Shown here one piece after another: positions 57,998-64,000 of a stretch of 64,000 nt of DNA. Below the pieces are notes generated by a model. It saw only the letters and a program-made list of their open reading frames with translations. It was not told where the DNA came from and did no database searches. A program made the position numbers and the translations under genes. Positions within the stretch are counted from its first letter, which is position 1, and each line of letters begins with the position of its first letter. Where the stretch lies: the NCBI GenBank assembly GCA_903850915.1, contig CAINMV010000010.1:980-64979 (forward strand), in the 5' to 3' direction. The DNA is from an uncultured Bacteroidota bacterium. GTDB lineage: Bacteria; Bacteroidota; Bacteroidia; UKL13-3.

Positions 57998-58693
57998 TTA
58001 CAATTGACCTTCGTCAGCAAAGCTATAGAAACCATGATCGGTGAATATCAAATGATCGAGCACTGAGATGCCGAAGAGCTTGCATGCCTCATTAATCTTC
58101 TTTGTGATATCGATATCTTGCGCACTTGGATTGAGGTTGCCTGATGGATGATTGTGCGCCAGCACCATTGATGAAGCTTCTGCATCAACAGCTTCCTTCA
58201 TTATTTTAATTACATCTACCACAGTGCCGTGCAATCCGCCAATACTGATTCTTTCTTTCCGGATTACAGATAAATTTCTTCTTAAAAGAATAATCCAAAA
58301 TTCTTCATGCCTAAGGTTCTCGAATTCGGGATTAAAGTAGTCGTAGATCTCTTTCGGCTTGGTAAGGCGAGCATTTACGGCGGATTCGAAGGAGCGTCGT
58401 CGTCGGCCTAATTCCATTGCCGCAGAGATAGAAACGGCCTTTGCTGGACCAATTCCTTTAACACGCATTAATTCTTTTTCGCTGAGCCGGCCTAAAGCCA
58501 CGATATCGTTGTTGACAAGAAGCAATACTTCTTTACAGAGCTCGACGGCTGACTTATTTCGAGTACCGTTGCCAATAAGTAACGCTAGCAATTCGGCATT
58601 GCTTAAAGCCCCCTTTCCTTTTGAGAGCATTTTCTCTCGCGGACGATCATCATTAGCCCATTGGCTTATAGATACATGTTTGTTTACATCCAT
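57998..58693 (-). CDS. radC: RadC-family JAB/MPN domain protein
   Basis: HhH N-terminal part, JAMM motif HNHPSG and LALLIGNG block. Confidence 0.8.
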   Translation of the reverse strand: MDVNKHVSISQWANDDRPREKMLSKGKGALSNAELLALLIGNGTRNKSAVELCKEVLLLVNNDIVALGRLSEKELMRVKGIGPAKAVSISAAMELGRRRRSFESAVNARLTKPKEIYDYFNPEFENLRHEEFWIILLRRNLSVIRKERISIGGLHGTVVDVIKIMKEAVDAEASSMVLAHNHPSGNLNPSAQDIDITKKINEACKLFGISVLDHLIFTDHGFYSFADEGQL

Positions 58694-58919
58694 AACACTG
58701 TTTTAATTTAAAAAGTTTTTATTTATTAAGAACAATAGTAGTAATTAATTCACTAAAATAAAAATCAATTACTTATTGAAAACATGAGATCAGAAAAAAC
58801 ACTCCAATTACAGGAGAAGCAAATTAATTTAGCGCAAAGAAAAAAATGCAAGAAATGAAAGTGGCCCTTCAAACAAAAAAATTAGCGATAAGCTTAAGAT
58901 TCCTTGAATATCTAATATC

Positions 58920-59900
58920 CTACTTGTCGTGAAATTTAGGTTGTTTAAACCATTCTTCTTGAGGCAAGTTTTTGAAATAATCGTATGTCTTCTCTAATCC
59001 TTCACTTCGGCTTACTTTGGGTTCCCAGCCTAATATTTCTCGAGCTCTACTGATATCTGGTTTACGTTGCTTAGGATCGTCAACTGGCAATGGCTTATAA
59101 ACTATTTTCTGGGTGGTGCCTGTTAGCTTTATTACTTCATCAGCGAAATCTTTCAGGCTAATCTCATCTGGATTTCCAATATTAACCGGATATGCATAAT
59201 CACTAAGAAGTAAGCGATATATACCTTCGATTAAATCGTCGACATAGCAGAAAGAACGCGTTTGAGAACCGTCTCCGAAGACCGTTAAATCCTCGCCTCT
59301 TAAGGCCTGACCAATAAATGCAGGCAATGCTCTTCCGTCGTTCAGTCGCATACGTGGACCATACGTGTTAAAGATTCGAACGATGCGTGTTTCAAGATGA
59401 TGATACGTGTGATATGCCATCGTAATTGCCTCTTGGAAGCGTTTGGCCTCATCATAAACGCCGCGCGGACCAATCGGATTAACATTACCCCAATAGTCTT
59501 CACTTTGTGGATGAACCATTGGATCACCATACACTTCACTAGTAGAAGCAATCAGTAAACGAGCATTCTTTGCCTTTGCTAAACCAAGGCAATTATGAAT
59601 TCCTAAACTTCCAACTTTTAATGTTTGGATAGGAATCTTCAAATAATCGATTGGCGAGGCTGGCGAAGCAAAATGCAAGATATAGTGCAGTTCTCCTGGT
59701 ATGTGCACAAATTTACTTACATCGTGATGGTAGAATTCAAAATCAGGAAGGTGAAATAAATGCTCAATGTTTTTCAAATCGCCGGTAATTAAATTATCCA
59801 TTGCAATAACGTGAAACCCTTCTTTGATGAATCTATCACATAGGTGAGAACCTAAAAATCCGGCGCCTCCGGTAATTAATACCTTTTTTTTTGTTTGCAT
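58920..59900 (-). CDS. UDP-glucuronate decarboxylase (UDP-xylose synthase) / NAD-dependent epimerase-dehydratase
   Basis: [14 protein letters not shown] Rossmann motif, YDEAK catalytic motif; UXS-like length of 326 aa. Confidence 0.85.
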   Translation of the reverse strand: MQTKKKVLITGGAGFLGSHLCDRFIKEGFHVIAMDNLITGDLKNIEHLFHLPDFEFYHHDVSKFVHIPGELHYILHFASPASPIDYLKIPIQTLKVGSLGIHNCLGLAKAKNARLLIASTSEVYGDPMVHPQSEDYWGNVNPIGPRGVYDEAKRFQEAITMAYHTYHHLETRIVRIFNTYGPRMRLNDGRALPAFIGQALRGEDLTVFGDGSQTRSFCYVDDLIEGIYRLLLSDYAYPVNIGNPDEISLKDFADEVIKLTGTTQKIVYKPLPVDDPKQRKPDISRAREILGWEPKVSRSEGLEKTYDYFKNLPQEEWFKQPKFHDK

Positions 59901-60266
59901 ATTTAAATGGTGATACTTACTGCAAAACTACACTTAATAGTGCATTCATTAATACTATAGTGGCACGAATATTTACTTAAACGTTTAAATAGCATACAAA
60001 CACATTGGGCAAGGAAATAGATCGAGCGATAACAGACCTTTATTTTTTGTGGTTTTTCTAAAAAAGGATCAATTCATCTAACCAAACTTGGCGTTCTTAA
60101 ACTCAACAGCGCATTTGGTTTTAGTCAATCAAGATTTCGTGAAATTTGAAGGTGTTAAACATAACCTAAACACGCCTTAAGCCATTTAGAAATTCACCGT
60201 CCCAAATTAGAAATAGAATTTACGCATTTCGAGGATGAGTGTTAGCAGGAAACTACAACAATTTGA

Positions 60267-61145
60267 TTACGCCCTTTTAGATAGCAATTGTGCAACTGTT
60301 TCTCCAAGTACCGCTGGGGATTCACAAACTGTGATTCCACATTCACGCATGATTTGCATTTTGGCGGCGGCTGTATCTTCAGCACCACCAACAATTGCGC
60401 CTGCGTGTCCCATACGACGTCCTGGAGGCGCAGTTTGCCCTGCTATAAAACCAACAACCGGCTTTTTATTATTCTCTTTAATCCAGCGGGCTGCTTCAGC
60501 TTCCATGCCACCACCAATTTCTCCAATCATAATGATTGCGTCGGTTTCTGGATCATTCATAAATAACTCTACCGCCTCTTTGGTTGTAGTGCCAATAATT
60601 GGGTCACCACCTATACCAATTGCCGTGGATATACCTAAACCAGCTTTCACCACCTGATCGGCCGCTTCATAAGTTAAAGTCCCAGATTTTGAAACGATAC
60701 CGATACGGCCTTTCTTAAAAATAAATCCTGGCATAATACCAACTTTGCATTCATCACTAGTAATTACTCCTGGGCAATTGGGCCCTATTAGTCTGGTGTT
60801 TTTCCCTTGTAAATATTCTTTCGCTTTCACCATATCTTGCACTGGAATACCTTCGGTGATGCATACGACAAGAGCTATTCCGGCATCGGCAGCTTCCATA
60901 ATTGCATCGGCAGCGAACATAGGAGGCACAAAAATAATACTAACGTTAGCACCTGTGGTTTTAACGGCGTCGGCCACGGTATTAAAAACCGGCTTGTTAA
61001 GATGTAATTGCCCTCCTTTTCCTGGAGTTACACCACCAACTAGGTCGGTACCGTATTCTAACATTTGAGTTGCATGAAAGGTGCCTTCTGTACCTGTGAA
61101 ACCTTGAACTAGAACCTTCGATGATTTATTGACTAAAACTGACAT
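60267..61145 (-). CDS. sucD: succinate--CoA ligase subunit alpha
   Basis: [13 protein letters not shown]-terminus, phospho-His region SKSGTLTYE, CoA-binding and ligase-CoA domains. Confidence 0.95.
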   Translation of the reverse strand: MSVLVNKSSKVLVQGFTGTEGTFHATQMLEYGTDLVGGVTPGKGGQLHLNKPVFNTVADAVKTTGANVSIIFVPPMFAADAIMEAADAGIALVVCITEGIPVQDMVKAKEYLQGKNTRLIGPNCPGVITSDECKVGIMPGFIFKKGRIGIVSKSGTLTYEAADQVVKAGLGISTAIGIGGDPIIGTTTKEAVELFMNDPETDAIIMIGEIGGGMEAEAARWIKENNKKPVVGFIAGQTAPPGRRMGHAGAIVGGAEDTAAAKMQIMRECGITVCESPAVLGETVAQLLSKRA

Positions 61146-61257
61146 AGCGTTAAGTATAATTTGGCGCGAAAATACAATAATTTTGTTAAAAAAATTTGGA
61201 ATAGATGACCAAACTAGGATGACATTGGATATACTTTTGAATTCTAAATGTTGTTTA

Positions 61258-62751
61258 TTACGCTATTTTCTCTTTCTTGAAAAAACTCCATTCAAAACTT
61301 TCTTCAAACGTAAAAAAGACGACATAACCAAAGCCAAAAAACAACATTAAATGAAAAGGGAATAAACCATAATCTTTCAGCTTCCATGCTAAGTATAAGG
61401 CATATCCAAAATAGGCCACAGCACCCAACTCTAATATAGTTATTGGCTTTACCTTTATTTTAACATATTTGTTGTTTTGCCAATTCCGGCTACCTTTCAT
61501 TAGGTGGAATTTCGGAGTGCGCACAAAGGCGGATTTAAACCCAATGATTCCCGACATAAAGGCGAGTGAATTATGCAAACTCATGCCCATGGCAGTACTT
61601 AAAAAAAGTATAAAGTCAACAAAAAACTCCAACGCATTTACCTCTCGATGCAGGCTTTGACGTTTATTACTAATCCAATAGAATAATCCTAAGATAAAGA
61701 AACCGATTACACAAACATTAGCAAGCTCAAAAAACCACTTCAACTCCGGGTGTTTTGCTTTTACATAAAGTAGTGGTACACTTAAAATTGCGGTGCTAAT
61801 AACACAAACAAAATTAAAGTTTCCGAGAAGATGAAACGTTGCATGTATTTTATGAGTCAGTGATATTTTGGATGCATATACTTTTCCAAGTATTTTTTTG
61901 GTGGTTTCGGCACTCCCTTTATTCCATCTATATTGTTGGCTTTTCCACGCATCCATTGTTACAGGCAATTCACTAGGACTTGCGACCTCTTCGAGATAAA
62001 TAAACTTCCATCCTTTTAGCTGTGCGCGAAAACTAAGGTCCATGTCCTCGGTAATTGTATCACTTTGCCAGCCTCCTGCATCCTCAATACAGCTTTTACG
62101 CCAGATTCCGCTTGTGCCATTGAAGTTCATAAAATACCCCCCACTATTGCGCCCTGTTTGCTCCACTGTAAAATGGGCATCTAATCCAAAAGCCTGCGAC
62201 TTTGTTAATCGAGAATAATTACGATTTATATGATCCCAACGTGTTTGAATCATACCTATATTCTCATTATCGAACTGCTGCAATGTGCGACTTAAAAAAT
62301 TGGGTTCCGGTAAGAAGTCAGCATCAAATATTGCAATAAATTCTCCTTTACAAAACTGCATACCATATTTTAAGGCACCTGCCTTATAGCCTTCCCTAGA
62401 ATCGCGACGAACATGAACGATATCGATGCCTCTTTTTTTAATTTCGTCCACCTTTTTAGCAATCAAGGCAACAGTCTCATCGGTACTATCGTCGAGCACC
62501 TGAATTTCCAGACGATCCGATGGGTAATCCAATTTAGAACAATCTTCTAGCAAGTCTTCCACCACATACAACTCATTATAAATAGGAAGCTGTATTGTTA
62601 CATAAGGAAATTTCGTTAGCGCTACTGGCTCTTTATATTTTTTTTCACGATGTGATTTAAGATAGTGGTAAATTAGGTTTGCCTGAATAAAAGCAAAACA
62701 CAATATAAATACCATTAATACGGAATAAATAACAATGATTGTATAGATCAT
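61258..62751 (-). CDS. processive family-2 glycosyltransferase (cellulose/chitin/hyaluronan-synthase-like) with C-terminal TM helices
   Basis: GT2 motifs DDSTDET, DAD and QYRWNKG (QxxRW); N-terminal TM plus 4-5 C-terminal TM helices. Confidence 0.75.
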   Translation of the reverse strand: MIYTIIVIYSVLMVFILCFAFIQANLIYHYLKSHREKKYKEPVALTKFPYVTIQLPIYNELYVVEDLLEDCSKLDYPSDRLEIQVLDDSTDETVALIAKKVDEIKKRGIDIVHVRRDSREGYKAGALKYGMQFCKGEFIAIFDADFLPEPNFLSRTLQQFDNENIGMIQTRWDHINRNYSRLTKSQAFGLDAHFTVEQTGRNSGGYFMNFNGTSGIWRKSCIEDAGGWQSDTITEDMDLSFRAQLKGWKFIYLEEVASPSELPVTMDAWKSQQYRWNKGSAETTKKILGKVYASKISLTHKIHATFHLLGNFNFVCVISTAILSVPLLYVKAKHPELKWFFELANVCVIGFFILGLFYWISNKRQSLHREVNALEFFVDFILFLSTAMGMSLHNSLAFMSGIIGFKSAFVRTPKFHLMKGSRNWQNNKYVKIKVKPITILELGAVAYFGYALYLAWKLKDYGLFPFHLMLFFGFGYVVFFTFEESFEWSFFKKEKIA

Positions 62752-62893
62752 AGATTGGTCGGGAAAGTGAGCAAAGGTAAGGAATTGACTTTTGAAAGTG
62801 ATGAGACTTCTTTATTTGCACATTAAACACTAAAATTATCTTATTGCCATTATTCAGGACCCCTTAAAACTATATGTTATTAACCGTGGTTTA

Positions 62894-64000
62894 TTAAAAA
62901 GCTTCACCTAAGTTAAATGAAAATCCGCTGGCGCCATTTAAGCCAATAGCATAACTTAGAACGAGGTGTGTATTAGCATATTTATTGGCAAGCATTCGAA
63001 TACTACATCCGGCACCTGGCAATATTGGATCAAACTTAGTGTTCGTTTTATTGCTCACCGAAAGTGCATTGGCAAATACAGAACCAGCAATCAATCCATT
63101 ACGTGTAATGTCAAAACGATATTCTGATTCAATGTAAATCAAATTTTTAGCTGTGTATCGACCCTGACGAAAGGCTCTAGCTACATTCGACTCCGTGTCC
63201 CATCCGTTACCGGGCAAATCGAAATATGGTTGCTTACCACTTAAGGTAAACCAATTGTAACTCCAAAAGGCGAGTATATTATTACTATTCCTGGAAACAG
63301 AAAAATACTTACGAAGATCAACTCTAATAGTATTCCAATTTTGCGTTGCGCCAAGGCGCTTGGAACTGCTGCGATACATTGCATTAGCGTAGTAACCTTG
63401 CGATGGGTTATTTGAGTTTTTGCGCTCATCGAAAAGGAAATTTAAAACGAAGCCAGAAGACACACAAGAAGAATCGAACCCATAGTTTCTAATATCACCA
63501 TTATAAAAAGAACCGTTCGATGCATCCGGTATTATATTCCAATGGCAATCGAAGTTATAACCAACACCAACCAAAACATCTTTAGCAAGCTGACGCATCA
63601 CCAACTGATGAAAGCGAAAATGAGAATAATTAATAAGCTCAGCATCACTATCATGATTAACGCCTCCTAGGCCGTAGGCCTTAGTTGAGTATTTCAGATA
63701 TCGCCAATCCCCTTGCAGGCAGAATTTATTTCCGCGAGTCCAGATGGTGCTAATTATTGGAAAAAGAAATTGTTTGTATTGAGTATATTCCACAATAAAG
63801 TCAATTGATGAAATTTTATTGACACTATCTTTATGAAAATAAAAAGAGGCATTATTTGTACAAACTGCAGAGAAGCCTTTTTGCTGGGCATAACCAAATC
63901 CGGGTAAAATTGACCAGTAAACAAGATTCGATTTCCTAGCTAAAGTATCCTTCCGAATCTGGTCTTTAGTTTTAAATCTGGAACGTAACACATCAAATAA
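62894..64000 (-). CDS. Omp85/BamA-like outer-membrane beta-barrel protein, probably 5' partial (continues past window end)
   Basis: Beta-barrel pattern ending ...GFSFNLGEAF with terminal aromatic. The first in-window Met is only 9 nt from the window edge, so the N-terminus (POTRA?) is probably outside. Confidence 0.5.
   Translation of the reverse strand, partial: LFDVLRSRFKTKDQIRKDTLARKSNLVYWSILPGFGYAQQKGFSAVCTNNASFYFHKDSVNKISSIDFIVEYTQYKQFLFPIISTIWTRGNKFCLQGDWRYLKYSTKAYGLGGVNHDSDAELINYSHFRFHQLVMRQLAKDVLVGVGYNFDCHWNIIPDASNGSFYNGDIRNYGFDSSCVSSGFVLNFLFDERKNSNNPSQGYYANAMYRSSSKRLGATQNWNTIRVDLRKYFSVSRNSNNILAFWSYNWFTLSGKQPYFDLPGNGWDTESNVARAFRQGRYTAKNLIYIESEYRFDITRNGLIAGSVFANALSVSNKTNTKFDPILPGAGCSIRMLANKYANTHLVLSYAIGLNGASGFSFNLGEAF

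Noticed and set aside
60235-61068. Antisense ORFs overlapping sucD (140, 92 and 107 aa)
   Set aside because: They lie on the strand opposite a highly conserved, clearly coding sucD. Such ORFs are common opposite GC-richer genes.

Overview
This is a Bacteroidota chromosomal segment of about 64 kb with low GC (roughly 38-40%). Support for that call: T9SS type-B C-terminal sorting domain, UpxY antiterminator, DUF4197/DUF4476/DUF3108/DUF2797 families, a TAnnTTTG -7 promoter motif, and the plsX-rpmF-yceD and tRNA(Thr-Tyr-Thr-Gly)-tuf arrangements. The window is mostly housekeeping. It carries glycine-lipid-type acyltransferases, nadK, cdsA, dapF, plsX/rpmF/yceD, two convergent CarboxypepD_reg TonB-dependent receptor-like genes, gltA, rsmE, tuf with four upstream tRNAs, rplU-rpmA, hflX, yidC, sucD and UDP-xylose synthase. 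I found no CRISPR array, integrase, transposase or prophage signature. The loci worth a second look are listed first to last. (1) A tandem double CbbX/SpoVK/EccA-type AAA+ ATPase with a duplicated unassigned N-terminal domain. (2) An IcmF-type isobutyryl-CoA-mutase-like enzyme split into a B12-binding+MeaB-GTPase gene and a separate mutase-barrel gene. (3) A UpxY (NusG-like) antiterminator directly upstream of a 1216-aa T9SS type-B adhesin with six ~85-aa tandem repeats, followed by a DUF2797 gene. (4) An ABC exporter translationally coupled to a CpsB-type PHP tyrosine phosphatase. (5) A signal-peptide-bearing, extremely His/Arg-rich small protein next to a lipoprotein gene. Further minor points are a possibly degenerate tRNA-Thr(GGT), a Pmp3-lipoprotein fusion, an OMP+Rieske lipoprotein operon, a processive GT2 with an upstream Omp85-like barrel, and several intergenic palindromes and repeats. 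All calls come from reading the sequence and ORF translations; no database searches were run.
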